Position numbers and translations under genes: made by a program. Below, one piece after another: positions 53,928 through 64,000 of a stretch of DNA of 64,000 nt. Positions within the stretch are counted from its first letter, which is position 1, and the number at the start of each line of letters is the position of its first letter. Source of the DNA: Escherichia coli (GTDB lineage Bacteria > Pseudomonadota > Gammaproteobacteria > Enterobacterales > Enterobacteriaceae); assembly GCF_003019035.1 (NCBI RefSeq), contig NZ_CP027447.1. One strand, written 5' to 3'. Below the pieces are notes generated by a model, which did not search any database, was not told the origin of the DNA, and worked only from the letters and a program-made list of their open reading frames with translations.

Positions 53928-55259
53928 ATGAGCGAACTGACCGATCTTTTACTGCAAGGGCCGCGTTCTGCCCCGGAATTGCGCCAGCGTCTGGCAATCA
54001 GTCAGGCGACGTTCTCACGCCTTGTTGCCAGAGAAAATCGGGTGATTCGCTTTGGTAAAGCACGGGCAACGCGATATGTACTGCTGCGTCCTTATCGCGG
54101 AATTGAGCGTATTCCCGTCTGGCGGGTGGACGATGCCGGAAAGGCGCATAAATTCGCCGACATCCGGTTGTGCTGGCCACAGGGAAGTTGTCTGGTAACA
54201 GGCGCAGATGGCGACGAACAGTGGTTTGATGGTTTGCCCTGGTATTTGACCGATCTGCGACCGCAGGGGTTTTTGGGGCGCGCGTGGGGCAGGAAGTTAG
54301 CCGCGCAACTGAATCTTACTGAAGATATCCGTCTCTGGCAGGAAGAAGATGTGCTCTACGCCCTGACCGTATTTAGCGGTGAATACACCGGCGGCTGGCT
54401 GGTCGGGGAGGGTAATTATCAGCGATGGATTACTGCACAACGCCCTGCGGAAATTCCTTTGGATCAAAAACTCACCCATTACGAACAACTGGCAAGCGAT
54501 GCTCTGGCAGGAGAAATTGTGGGTTCTTCTGCGGGCGGTGAGCAGCCAAAATTTACCTGCTATGCACAAACGCCGTCAGGCAATAAACATGTGCTGGTTA
54601 AATTCACCGTGCCACAGCAAACCGCGGTCAGCCAACGTTGGGGCGACTTGCTTATTGCGGAATCTATTGCCGCGCAAATCCTGCGCGACGGCGGGATCCA
54701 CGCCATCGAGTCAACGGTGCTTGTAACAAGTAACAGGCAGGTATTCCTTGAAGCGGAACGATTTGACTGCAAAGGTAACGATGGTCGCTTACCCATTGTG
54801 TCGCTGGAGGCGGTGCAGAGTGAGTTTATCTCTTCTCCGGGATCGTGGCCGGAGGCTATGCGCCGTTTGTGTGAGCAACAACTTGTCACTCACCAGAGCG
54901 TGGCGCAAACAGAAGTGATCTGGGCGTTTGGGCGACTTATCGCCAACAGCGATATGCACGCAGGCAATTTATCATTTTATTTATCTGAACCACCATTTGC
55001 GCTGACGCCCGTCTACGACATGCTGCCGATGGCCTATGCACCAAACAGCGCCGGAATGTTGCGTGATGCTGCCATTGAGGTGAGGTTTGATCTTAACGTC
55101 AGTAAAAGCGCATGGTTAACGGCGATCCCGCTGGCGCAGCAGTTCTGGCAAACGGTCGCCGGAGATCCGCGTATCAGCGAGGCGTTTCGCCACATTGCGC
55201 AGGAAATGCCGGAGAAAATCCGGCAAATCGAAGAGAAAGTTACCCGCATGGGCGGGTAA
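53928..55259 (+). CDS. yjjJ: HipA-like Ser/Thr kinase family protein YjjJ (N-terminal HTH + HipA-like kinase domain)
   Basis: 443 aa; N-terminal HTH (LRQRLAISQATFSRLVA); HipA-like catalytic motif NSDMHAGNLSF. Confidence 0.8.
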   Translation: MSELTDLLLQGPRSAPELRQRLAISQATFSRLVARENRVIRFGKARATRYVLLRPYRGIERIPVWRVDDAGKAHKFADIRLCWPQGSCLVTGADGDEQWFDGLPWYLTDLRPQGFLGRAWGRKLAAQLNLTEDIRLWQEEDVLYALTVFSGEYTGGWLVGEGNYQRWITAQRPAEIPLDQKLTHYEQLASDALAGEIVGSSAGGEQPKFTCYAQTPSGNKHVLVKFTVPQQTAVSQRWGDLLIAESIAAQILRDGGIHAIESTVLVTSNRQVFLEAERFDCKGNDGRLPIVSLEAVQSEFISSPGSWPEAMRRLCEQQLVTHQSVAQTEVIWAFGRLIANSDMHAGNLSFYLSEPPFALTPVYDMLPMAYAPNSAGMLRDAAIEVRFDLNVSKSAWLTAIPLAQQFWQTVAGDPRISEAFRHIAQEMPEKIRQIEEKVTRMGG

Positions 55260-56276
55260 CTACCGCACCGCCCCTGCCATCCACGTCGACAACTCCCGTA
55301 GCTCTTTTTCCTGGTCCGGGAAGTCAACCAACAGCGCTTCGCACTCCTGTTGCAGCATATCTGCGCGGTACAGGCAGCCTTGCAGTCGCCCGGCGAGGGC
55401 TTCCAGCGGCGCGGGGTTGAGGCTGTCGGTAAACACCTGGGCGCGGGTGATATGGCCTTTTTCAACGTCGAAATGCAGTTCCACGCCGCCCCAGGTGAAG
55501 CGTTCATCCAGCAGATGCGAGAACGCCGGAGCCTGACCGAAGTTCCACTCCCAGCTACTCTGACGGGCAAAGGTTTCGGCGAAGTTCGGCAAGTCTGGCG
55601 TTTTGTCCGGGGAGATGATTTCCGCTTCCACGCGCTCGCCATAATGGGCGAAAAAGGCCTCGGTTATGGCCTCGCAAACCTGCTCATGGGTAATTTCCGG
55701 CAGCAATTCGGTCAGATTGGTCACGCGGGAACGTACCGACGTAATGCCTTTCGCCGCCAGTTTCTTTTTATCCGGGTTGAGATAGTTTGCCAGACGGCTA
55801 AGGTCAGCATTGAGTAGCAAGGTGCCGTGATGGAAGCCGCGATCTTTAGTTTCGCGATAGGCTGAGCCTGAGACTTTGCGGTCGCCTTCGGCGGTTTTCA
55901 CCACCAGATCGTTACGGCCGGACGCTTCGGCGCTGACGCCGAGCGCGTTCAGAGCATTGAGCACAATCGACGTGGAGATAGTTTTATCGTACTCCGGCTT
56001 GCCTGCCATAAAGGTAAAACAGGTATTGCCGAGATCGTGGAACACCGCGCCGCCACCGCTACTGCGCCGCGCCAGGCGGACGTTATCTTCTTCCATCCGC
56101 CGGGTATTACACTCTTTCCACGGGTTCTGCGCGCGACCAATCACTACCGTGTCGGCATTGCGCCAGAGAAACAGAACGCGCTGCGTGGCGGGCATCTGGC
56201 GAAAAATACACTCCTCTACCGCCAGGTTAAACCACGGGTCGTAAGAGTCAGAGATGAGCAGGCGTAATGTGGACAT
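55260..56276 (-). CDS. lplA: Lipoate-protein ligase A
   Basis: 338 aa [25 protein letters not shown]... Confidence 0.9.
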   Translation of the reverse strand: MSTLRLLISDSYDPWFNLAVEECIFRQMPATQRVLFLWRNADTVVIGRAQNPWKECNTRRMEEDNVRLARRSSGGGAVFHDLGNTCFTFMAGKPEYDKTISTSIVLNALNALGVSAEASGRNDLVVKTAEGDRKVSGSAYRETKDRGFHHGTLLLNADLSRLANYLNPDKKKLAAKGITSVRSRVTNLTELLPEITHEQVCEAITEAFFAHYGERVEAEIISPDKTPDLPNFAETFARQSSWEWNFGQAPAFSHLLDERFTWGGVELHFDVEKGHITRAQVFTDSLNPAPLEALAGRLQGCLYRADMLQQECEALLVDFPDQEKELRELSTWMAGAVR

Positions 56277-56303
56277 AACGATTTCCTTTCTTGTAGTAAT
56301 GAG

Positions 56304-56948
56304 TCACTCTTTTTTCTCGCTTTCTTCCTCTTCCGGCACCGGTTTACTGGCGGTTAACAGGAAGGGCGATTGCTGCCAGCGGGTGCGTTTACCCTGTAGC
56401 AGCGTGCGGGTCAGCACTACGCCGATTGCCAGCGAGAGCAGCAACATCAGGCGTAAAATGTTAGTGGTGTTATCCACCTGTTGGGCTTCGGTGGCGAGCG
56501 TATGGGTGTCGAGCGTCAGGCGCAGATAGCCGAGCGGTCCGTTTTTACCCGCAATGGGTTCGACAATCTGCTGGTTAAAATAGCCGCCCGCTTTTTTGCC
56601 GTCGAGCGCCAGCCGGTCGCGCACGTCGACGCTTTCGCCAGAACGGGCGATAAGATCGCCTTGCTCATCATATACGCCCGCGTCGAGAATGCGACTTTCA
56701 TCCGTTAACTGATCGAGGATCGCCTGAATGCGTTTTTCATCCGGTGAGTCGGTACGCATCAGCGGTGCAACGTTCAGCGTCACCTGCCGCGCCAGGGTGC
56801 GGGCCAGTTCTTCCAGTTGCGGATTACGCTGTCGCTGGTGGTTTTGACTAAACCATGACGCTCCCTGCATCAGCGCCACTAACAAGGCAAGACAGAACAG
56901 GACAATCACTGCCCGATGCAGCCGGAATTTCAGTTTTGTGCGAGCCAT
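56304..56948 (-). CDS. ytjB: Inner-membrane protein YtjB (Smp)
   Basis: 214 aa with N-terminal TM helix. Confidence 0.8.
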   Translation of the reverse strand: MARTKLKFRLHRAVIVLFCLALLVALMQGASWFSQNHQRQRNPQLEELARTLARQVTLNVAPLMRTDSPDEKRIQAILDQLTDESRILDAGVYDEQGDLIARSGESVDVRDRLALDGKKAGGYFNQQIVEPIAGKNGPLGYLRLTLDTHTLATEAQQVDNTTNILRLMLLLSLAIGVVLTRTLLQGKRTRWQQSPFLLTASKPVPEEEESEKKE

Positions 56949-57053
56949 CTTCCACCCTTTGAAAATTTGAGACTTAATGTTGCCAGAAGCAATGGATACA
57001 AGGTAGCCTCATGCGTTATTTTCCCTGCTTCGAACGATTTTACAGGAGCCTTA

Positions 57054-58022
57054 ATGCCTAACATTACCTGGTGCGACCTGCCTGAAGATGTCTCTTTATG
57101 GCCGGGTCTGCCTCTTTCATTAAGTGGTGATGAAGTGATGCCACTGGATTACCACGCAGGTCGTAGCGGCTGGCTGCTGTATGGTCGTGGGCTGGATAAA
57201 CAACGTCTGACCCAATACCAGAGCAAACTGGGCGCGGCGATGGTGATTGTTGCCGCCTGGTGCGTGGAAGATTATCAGGTGATTCGTCTGGCAGGTTCAC
57301 TCACCGCGCGGGCTACGCGCCTGGCCCACGAAGCGCAGCTGGATGTCGCGCCGCTGGGGAAAATCCCGCACCTGCGCACGCCGGGTTTGCTGGTGATGGA
57401 CATGGATTCCACCGCCATCCAGATTGAATGTATTGATGAAATTGCCAAACTGGCCGGAACGGGCGAGATGGTGGCGGAGGTAACCGAACGGGCGATGCGC
57501 GGCGAACTCGATTTTACCGCCAGCCTGCGCAGCCGCGTGGCGACGCTGAAAGGCGCTGACGCGAACATTCTGCAACAGGTGCGTGAAAATCTGCCGCTGA
57601 TGCCAGGCTTAACGCAGCTGGTACTCAAGCTGGAAACGCTGGGCTGGAAAGTGGCGATTGCCTCCGGCGGCTTTACTTTCTTTGCTGAATACCTGCGCGA
57701 CAAGCTGCGCCTGACAGCCGTGGTAGCCAATGAACTGGAGATCATGGACGGTAAATTTACCGGCAATGTGATCGGCGACATCGTTGACGCGCAGTACAAA
57801 GCGAAAACTCTGACTCGCCTCGCGCAGGAGCATGAAATCCCGCTGGCGCAAACCGTGGCGATTGGCGATGGTGCCAACGATCTGCCGATGATCAAAGCGG
57901 CAGGTTTGGGGATTGCCTACCATGCCAAGCCAAAAGTGAATGAAAAAACGGAAGTCACCATCCGTCACGCTGACCTGATGGGTGTATTCTGCATCCTCTC
58001 TGGCAGCCTGAATCAGAAGTAA
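57054..58022 (+). CDS. serB: Phosphoserine phosphatase
   Basis: 322 aa from MPNITWCDLPEDVSLWPGLP; HAD motif LLVMDMDSTAI. Confidence 0.95.
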   Translation: MPNITWCDLPEDVSLWPGLPLSLSGDEVMPLDYHAGRSGWLLYGRGLDKQRLTQYQSKLGAAMVIVAAWCVEDYQVIRLAGSLTARATRLAHEAQLDVAPLGKIPHLRTPGLLVMDMDSTAIQIECIDEIAKLAGTGEMVAEVTERAMRGELDFTASLRSRVATLKGADANILQQVRENLPLMPGLTQLVLKLETLGWKVAIASGGFTFFAEYLRDKLRLTAVVANELEIMDGKFTGNVIGDIVDAQYKAKTLTRLAQEHEIPLAQTVAIGDGANDLPMIKAAGLGIAYHAKPKVNEKTEVTIRHADLMGVFCILSGSLNQK

Positions 58023-58070
58023 TTGCCTGCCCGTCATCCTGCGGGCGGCACAGCATTAACGAGGTACACC

Positions 58071-59453
58071 GTGGCAAAAGCTCCAAAACGCGCCTTTGTT
58101 TGTAATGAATGCGGGGCCGATTATCCGCGCTGGCAGGGGCAGTGCAGTGCCTGTCATGCCTGGAACACCATCACCGAGGTGCGTCTTGCCGCGTCGCCAA
58201 CGGTGGCGCGTAACGAGCGTCTCAGTGGCTATGCCGGTAGCGCCGGGGTGGCAAAAGTCCAGAAACTTTCCGACATCAGCCTTGAAGAGCTGCCGCGTTT
58301 TTCCACCGGATTTAAAGAGTTCGACCGCGTATTAGGCGGCGGCGTGGTGCCGGGAAGCGCCATTCTGATTGGCGGTAACCCTGGTGCGGGGAAATCCACG
58401 CTGCTGTTGCAAACGCTGTGCAAACTGGCCCAGCAGATGAAAACGCTGTATGTCACCGGCGAAGAGTCGCTGCAACAGGTGGCAATGCGCGCTCATCGCC
58501 TTGGCCTGCCGACTGACAATCTCAATATGTTGTCGGAAACCAGCATCGAGCAGATCTGCCTGATTGCCGAAGAAGAGCAACCGAAGCTGATGGTAATTGA
58601 CTCCATCCAGGTGATGCATATGGCGGATGTTCAGTCATCGCCTGGCAGCGTGGCGCAGGTGCGTGAAACGGCGGCTTATCTGACGCGCTTCGCCAAAACG
58701 CGCGGCGTGGCGATTGTCATGGTTGGGCACGTAACCAAAGATGGCTCGCTGGCTGGCCCTAAAGTGCTGGAACACTGTATCGACTGTTCGGTGCTTCTGG
58801 ATGGCGATGCCGACTCCCGTTTTCGCACCTTACGCAGCCATAAAAACCGCTTCGGCGCGGTGAATGAGCTGGGCGTCTTCGCAATGACCGAACAGGGTCT
58901 GCGTGAAGTCAGCAACCCTTCGGCAATCTTTTTAAGCCGCGGTGATGAAGTGACCTCGGGTAGCTCAGTGATGGTAGTATGGGAAGGAACGCGTCCGCTG
59001 CTGGTGGAGATTCAGGCGCTGGTCGATCACTCGATGATGGCGAATCCACGCCGCGTCGCAGTAGGGCTGGAGCAAAACCGTCTGGCAATCCTGCTGGCGG
59101 TGCTGCACCGTCACGGTGGGTTGCAAATGGCCGATCAGGATGTATTTGTTAACGTGGTCGGCGGCGTGAAGGTGACGGAAACCAGCGCCGACTTAGCGTT
59201 ACTGCTGGCGATGGTTTCCAGCCTGCGCGACAGACCGCTGCCGCAGGATCTGGTGGTGTTTGGTGAAGTCGGGCTGGCAGGGGAGATCCGCCCGGTGCCC
59301 AGCGGTCAGGAACGTATCTCAGAAGCGGCGAAACATGGTTTTCGGCGGGCGATTGTTCCGGCGGCTAACGTGCCGAAAAAAGCGCCGGAAGGGATGCAGA
59401 TTTTTGGCGTTAAAAAACTCTCCGACGCGCTTAGCGTGTTCGACGACTTATAA
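58071..59453 (+). CDS. radA: DNA repair protein RadA/Sms
   Basis: 460 aa from GTG at 58071 (VAKAPKRAFVCNECGADYPRWQGQCSACHAWNT zinc finger); Walker A GGNPGAGKST. Confidence 0.95.
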   Translation: MAKAPKRAFVCNECGADYPRWQGQCSACHAWNTITEVRLAASPTVARNERLSGYAGSAGVAKVQKLSDISLEELPRFSTGFKEFDRVLGGGVVPGSAILIGGNPGAGKSTLLLQTLCKLAQQMKTLYVTGEESLQQVAMRAHRLGLPTDNLNMLSETSIEQICLIAEEEQPKLMVIDSIQVMHMADVQSSPGSVAQVRETAAYLTRFAKTRGVAIVMVGHVTKDGSLAGPKVLEHCIDCSVLLDGDADSRFRTLRSHKNRFGAVNELGVFAMTEQGLREVSNPSAIFLSRGDEVTSGSSVMVVWEGTRPLLVEIQALVDHSMMANPRRVAVGLEQNRLAILLAVLHRHGGLQMADQDVFVNVVGGVKVTETSADLALLLAMVSSLRDRPLPQDLVVFGEVGLAGEIRPVPSGQERISEAAKHGFRRAIVPAANVPKKAPEGMQIFGVKKLSDALSVFDDL

Positions 59454-59473
59454 TGAGAGATACGGAGGGAGAT

Positions 59474-60706
59474 ATGTCGTCATTTGATTACCTGAAAACT
59501 GCCATCAAGCAACAGGGCTGCACGCTACAGCAGGTAGCTGATGCCAGCGGTATGACCAAAGGGTATTTAAGCCAGTTACTGAATGCCAAAATTAAAAGCC
59601 CCAGCGCGCAAAAGCTGGAGGCGTTGCACCGTTTTTTGGGGCTTGAATTTCCCCGACAGAAGAAAACCATTGGTGTCGTATTCGGTAAGTTCTACCCGCT
59701 GCATACCGGACATATCTACCTTATCCAGCGCGCCTGTAGCCAGGTTGACGAGCTGCATATCATTATGGGTTTTGACGATACCCGCGACCGCGCATTGTTC
59801 GAAGACAGCGCCATGTCGCAGCAGCCCACGGTACCGGATCGTCTGCGCTGGTTATTGCAAACCTTTAAATATCAGAAAAATATCCGTATTCATGCCTTCA
59901 ACGAAGAGGGCATGGAGCCGTATCCGCACGGCTGGGATGTGTGGAGCAACGGCATCAAAAAGTTTATGGCTGAAAAGGGGATCCAGCCGGACCTGATCTA
60001 CACCTCGGAAGAAGCCGATGCGCCACAGTACCTGGAGCATCTGGGGATCGAAACGGTGCTGGTCGATCCGAAACGCACCTTTATGAGTATCAGCGGTGCG
60101 CAGATCCGCGAAAACCCGTTCCGCTACTGGGAATATATCCCCACTGAAGTGAAGCCGTTTTTTGTGCGTACCGTGGCGATCCTTGGCGGCGAGTCGAGCG
60201 GTAAATCCACCCTGGTAAACAAGCTTGCTAATATCTTCAACACTACCAGTGCATGGGAATATGGTCGCGATTATGTCTTTTCACATCTTGGCGGCGATGA
60301 GATCGCATTGCAGTATTCCGACTACGATAAAATCGCGCTGGGACACGCGCAATATATTGATTTTGCAGTGAAATACGCCAATAAAGTGGCGTTTATCGAC
60401 ACTGATTTTGTCACTACCCAGGCGTTCTGCAAAAAGTACGAAGGGCGTGAGCATCCGTTCGTGCAGGCGCTGATTGATGAATACCGTTTTGATCTGGTTA
60501 TCTTGCTGGAGAACAACACCCCGTGGGTGGCGGATGGTTTACGCAGCCTCGGCAGTTCGGTGGATCGCAAAGAGTTCCAGAACTTGCTGGTGGAGATGCT
60601 GGAAGAGAACAATATCGAATTTGTGCGGGTTGAAGAGGACGATTATGACAGCCGTTTCCTGCGCTGCGTGGAGCTGGTGCGGGAGATGATGGGGGAGCAA
60701 AGATAA
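59474..60706 (+). CDS. nadR: Trifunctional NAD biosynthesis/regulator protein NadR
   Basis: 410 aa from MSSFDYLKTAIKQQGCTLQQVADASGMTKGYLSQLLN (HTH); NMN adenylyltransferase HTGH motif; P-loop GGESSGKST. Confidence 0.95.
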   Translation: MSSFDYLKTAIKQQGCTLQQVADASGMTKGYLSQLLNAKIKSPSAQKLEALHRFLGLEFPRQKKTIGVVFGKFYPLHTGHIYLIQRACSQVDELHIIMGFDDTRDRALFEDSAMSQQPTVPDRLRWLLQTFKYQKNIRIHAFNEEGMEPYPHGWDVWSNGIKKFMAEKGIQPDLIYTSEEADAPQYLEHLGIETVLVDPKRTFMSISGAQIRENPFRYWEYIPTEVKPFFVRTVAILGGESSGKSTLVNKLANIFNTTSAWEYGRDYVFSHLGGDEIALQYSDYDKIALGHAQYIDFAVKYANKVAFIDTDFVTTQAFCKKYEGREHPFVQALIDEYRFDLVILLENNTPWVADGLRSLGSSVDRKEFQNLLVEMLEENNIEFVRVEEDDYDSRFLRCVELVREMMGEQR

Positions 60707-60739
60707 CCGTGACGAAACGGCTCAAAGGCGAGGTATAAA

Positions 60740-61024
60740 TTGAGTTTTTTTGATGAGTTGAAAACCTCTCTGGAAGAGGCTGTCGAGATTAAACAAGGTT
60801 TAAAAGAACCTGCACGGGTGACCCGCTACGAAATTGCGGATGTTAAAGCTATTCGTGAGCAACTCAACGTTTCTCAAAGTGAGATGGCAAAAGCTCTGGG
60901 AACCAGTGTAGATACCATTAAAAGCTGGGAATCGAAGCGAAGAAATCCTACGGGATTGGCTGCAAAAGTACTTGCCACAATTAAAGAAAATCCTGCCTTT
61001 TTCCGGGAACTTGCCTCCCATTAA
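60740..61024 (+). CDS. Small XRE-type HTH protein, HigA/MqsA-like antitoxin family (no partner toxin)
   Basis: 94 aa, TTG start with GAGG SD; HTH core VSQSEMAKALGTSVDTIKSWESKRRNPTG. Confidence 0.55.
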   Translation: MSFFDELKTSLEEAVEIKQGLKEPARVTRYEIADVKAIREQLNVSQSEMAKALGTSVDTIKSWESKRRNPTGLAAKVLATIKENPAFFRELASH

Positions 61025-61038
61025 TCATTTAACTATTA

Positions 61039-61068
61039 CCGGATGCGATGCTGGCGCGCCGCATCCGG
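61039..61068. repeat. REP palindrome between the HTH gene and ettA
   Basis: ccggatgcgatgctggcgcgccgcatccgg. Confidence 0.45.
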
Positions 61069-61079
61069 CATTTTACGCA

Positions 61080-62747
61080 TTACTTCGCAATACGCTTGTA
61101 CTTGATACGCTTCGGCTCCAGTGCGTCTGCGCCCAGCGTGCGTTTCTTGTACTCTTCGTACTCAGTAAAGTTACCTTCGAAGAACTCAACTTTACCTTCA
61201 TCCTGGTAATCCAGAATGTGTGTGGCGATACGGTCGAGGAACCAACGGTCATGCGAGATAACCATCGCGCAGCCCGGGAACTCCAGCAGGGCGTTTTCCA
61301 GCGCGCGCAGGGTTTCGATATCCAGGTCGTTGGTCGGTTCGTCGAGCAGCAGCATGTTGCCGCCAACCTGCAGCAGCTTCGCCAGATGCAGACGACCACG
61401 CTCACCACCGGAGAGTTCGCCAACGCGTTTACCCTGATCAACCCCTTTAAAGTTAAAGCGACCAACGTAGGCGCGGCTTGGCATCTCGGTGTTACCGATC
61501 TTCATGATATCCAGCCCGCCGGAAACTTCTTCCCAAACGGTTTTGCTGTTATCCATTGAGTCACGGAACTGATCGACAGATGCCAGTTTCACCGTTTCAC
61601 CTAAAGTGATGGTGCCGCTGTCTGGCTGTTCCTGACCAGAGATCATACGGAACAGGGTTGATTTACCCGCGCCGTTCGGACCGATGATCCCGACGATCGC
61701 CCCTTTCGGGATCGAGAAGCTCAGATCATCAATCAGCAGGCGATCGCCGTAAGATTTACGCAGGTTGCTGACTTCCAGCACTTTATCGCCCAGACGCGGT
61801 CCAGGCGGAATAAACAGTTCGTTGGTTTCGTTACGTTTCTGATATTCGGTGCTGTTCAGCTCTTCAAAGCGCGCCAGACGTGCTTTACCTTTCGACTGAC
61901 GGCCTTTAGTTCCCTGACGTACCCACTCCAGCTCTTTCTCGATCGACTTACGACGCGCTGCTTCTTGTGAAGCTTCCTGCGCCAGACGTTGATCTTTCTG
62001 CTCCAGCCAGGAGGAGTAGTTACCTTCCCACGGAATACCTTCACCGCGGTCCAGTTCGAGGATCCAGCCCGCAACGTTATCAAGGAAGTAACGGTCGTGG
62101 GTAATCGCCACAACGGTGCCTTCGAAGTCGTGCAGGAAGCGTTCCAGCCAGGCCACGGATTCGGCATCCAGGTGGTTGGTCGGTTCGTCGAGCAGCAGCA
62201 TGTCTGGTTTTTCCAGCAGCAGGCGGCACAACGCCACGCGACGACGCTCACCACCGGAGAGGTTAGCGATTTTCGCGTCCCAGTCCGGCAGACGCAGCGC
62301 ATCCGCCGCACGCTCCAGCTGAACGTTCAGGTTGTGACCGTCGTGAGCCTGAATGATCTCTTCCAGACGGCCTTGTTCAGCGGCCAGCTTGTCAAAATCG
62401 GCATCCGGATCGGCGTACAGTGCATACACTTCATCCAGACGTTTCAGGGCGTTAACCACTTCAGAAACCGCCTCTTCAATGGACTCACGCACGGTGTGTT
62501 CCGGGTTCAGTTGCGGTTCTTGCGGCAAATAACCAATCTTGATATCCGGTTGCGGACGCGCTTCGCCTTCGATGTCTTTATCAATGCCCGCCATAATGCG
62601 CAGCAGGGTGGACTTACCCGCGCCGTTCAGACCCAGGACACCAATTTTTGCCCCAGGGAAGAAACTCAGAGAGATGTTTTTCAAAATATGACGTTTCGGC
62701 GGAACAACTTTGCCGACACGATGCATGGTATAAACGAATTGAGCCAC
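61080..62747 (-). CDS. ettA: Energy-dependent translational throttle protein EttA (ABC-F ATPase)
   Basis: 555 aa; two ABC cassettes (GLNGAGKST, GPNGAGKST; LSGGER signatures). Confidence 0.95.
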   Translation of the reverse strand: MAQFVYTMHRVGKVVPPKRHILKNISLSFFPGAKIGVLGLNGAGKSTLLRIMAGIDKDIEGEARPQPDIKIGYLPQEPQLNPEHTVRESIEEAVSEVVNALKRLDEVYALYADPDADFDKLAAEQGRLEEIIQAHDGHNLNVQLERAADALRLPDWDAKIANLSGGERRRVALCRLLLEKPDMLLLDEPTNHLDAESVAWLERFLHDFEGTVVAITHDRYFLDNVAGWILELDRGEGIPWEGNYSSWLEQKDQRLAQEASQEAARRKSIEKELEWVRQGTKGRQSKGKARLARFEELNSTEYQKRNETNELFIPPGPRLGDKVLEVSNLRKSYGDRLLIDDLSFSIPKGAIVGIIGPNGAGKSTLFRMISGQEQPDSGTITLGETVKLASVDQFRDSMDNSKTVWEEVSGGLDIMKIGNTEMPSRAYVGRFNFKGVDQGKRVGELSGGERGRLHLAKLLQVGGNMLLLDEPTNDLDIETLRALENALLEFPGCAMVISHDRWFLDRIATHILDYQDEGKVEFFEGNFTEYEEYKKRTLGADALEPKRIKYKRIAK

Positions 62748-62957
62748 GTTGGACTTCGCCTCTATGTTTATCGTGATGATGAGTTTTCAAAGGCGAAGTG
62801 TAGCCTGTTTCCTTATCTAATCCCAGCCGGTCGATCACCCTCGCAGTAAAAGTAAAAAAGTGTCCGTAACGTGGCGTAAACGGCAATGACTGGTTAGCAT
62901 AAATCTATTACGTGGCATGACGCTGCATTGATGTATTTACACTTAGAGGATGCGCTT

Positions 62958-64000
62958 GTGGAAAAAGCCAAACACGTTACCTGGCGGCTGTTGGCTGCCG
63001 GTGTCTGTCTGCTGACGGTCAGCAGCGTGGCGCGAGCCGACTCACTGGATGAGCAGCGTAGTCGTTACGCGCAAATCAAGCAGGCCTGGGATAATCGACA
63101 AATGGATGTGGTCGAACAAATGATGCCTGGACTGAAAGATTATCCGCTTTATCCCTACCTGGAATACCGTCAGATCACCGATGACCTGATGAATCAACCG
63201 GCGGTGACGGTCACTAACTTTGTTCGCGCTAACCCCACGCTTCCTCCCGCTCGCACGCTGCAATCTCGTTTCGTCAATGAACTGGCGCGGCGTGAAGACT
63301 GGCGTGGCTTGTTAGCCTTTAGCCCGGAAAAACCCGGAACTACCGAAGCGCAATGTAATTACTACTATGCGAAATGGAACACCGGGCAGAGTGAAGAAGC
63401 CTGGCAAGGGGCGAAAGAGCTGTGGCTAACCGGCAAGAGCCAGCCTAACGCCTGTGACAAGTTATTTAGTGTCTGGCGTGCGTCAGGTAAACAAGATCCG
63501 CTGGCGTATTTAGAGCGTATCCGTCTGGCGATGAAAGCGGGTAACACCGGCCTGGTAACAGTGCTGGCAGGGCAGATGCCTGCCGATTACCAGACTATCG
63601 CTTCGGCAATCATTTCACTGGCGAACAACCCTAATACGGTACTGACCTTCGCGCGTACAACCGGCGCGACCGATTTTACCCGTCAAATGGCGGCGGTGGC
63701 GTTTGCCAGCGTGGCGCGGCAGGATGCTGAAAATGCACGGCTGATGATTCCATCGCTTGCTCAGGCACAGCAGCTTAATGAAGATCAGATTCAGGAACTG
63801 CGCGATATCGTCGCCTGGCGTTTGATGGGCAACGATGTCACCGACGAGCAGGCGAAATGGCGCGATGACGCCATTATGCGCTCGCAATCCACCTCGTTGA
63901 TTGAACGCCGAGTGCGGATGGCGCTTGGTACTGGCGATCGGCGTGGTCTGAATACCTGGCTGGCGCGTTTGCCGATGGAAGCGAAAGAGAAAGATGAATG
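62958..64000 (+). CDS. slt: Soluble lytic murein transglycosylase Slt70, 5' part (continues beyond window end)
   Basis: GTG start at 62958: VEKAKHVTWRLLAAGVCLLTVSSVARA (signal peptide) ...DSLDEQRSRYAQIKQAWDNRQ...; open to window end. Confidence 0.85.
   Translation, partial: MEKAKHVTWRLLAAGVCLLTVSSVARADSLDEQRSRYAQIKQAWDNRQMDVVEQMMPGLKDYPLYPYLEYRQITDDLMNQPAVTVTNFVRANPTLPPARTLQSRFVNELARREDWRGLLAFSPEKPGTTEAQCNYYYAKWNTGQSEEAWQGAKELWLTGKSQPNACDKLFSVWRASGKQDPLAYLERIRLAMKAGNTGLVTVLAGQMPADYQTIASAIISLANNPNTVLTFARTTGATDFTRQMAAVAFASVARQDAENARLMIPSLAQAQQLNEDQIQELRDIVAWRLMGNDVTDEQAKWRDDAIMRSQSTSLIERRVRMALGTGDRRGLNTWLARLPMEAKEKDE

Noticed and set aside
55034-57895. Minus-strand and plus-strand ORFs overlapping lplA, ytjB and serB (for example 55034..55642, 57275..57895)
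   Set aside because: Antisense or out-of-frame overlaps of well-supported genes; Arg/Ser/Cys-rich low-complexity translations

Overview
Enterobacterial chromosomal segment that I recognise, from memory of Escherichia coli K-12 gene order and protein N-termini (no alignment or database search was possible), as the yjiN-mdtM ... deo operon ... serB-radA-nadR-ettA-slt region. Most of the window is conserved core: btsT, tsr, lgoTRD, opgB, dnaTC, yjjQ-bglJ, fhuF, the leuQPV tRNA-Leu operon, rsmC, holD, rimI, prfC, osmY, deoCABD, lplA, serB, radA, nadR, ettA. Three segments look accessory relative to K-12. (1) An immigration-control-type defence locus at about 5.8-14.6 kb: symE/SymR, a Type I restriction-modification system in hsdM-hsdS-hsdR order, a co-directional 388-aa Mrr-family endonuclease with an unusual long N-terminal region, and a brnT remnant with an intact brnA antitoxin; mcrBC is absent. 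(2) A roughly 6 kb five-gene island between btsT and tsr encoding a DSD1-type PLP enzyme, a D-aminoacylase, RidA, a sodium:solute symporter and an RpiR regulator, which I infer to be an N-acyl-D-amino-acid catabolic module. (3) A small orphan HTH antitoxin-like gene between nadR and ettA. The Mrr-like/Type I module and the btsT-tsr island are the best candidates for something not yet characterised. Gene starts were chosen by matching known N-termini and Shine-Dalgarno context; the ORF track uses alternative start codons, so several track starts were trimmed. Many long ORFs in the track are antisense shadows of real genes and were rejected.
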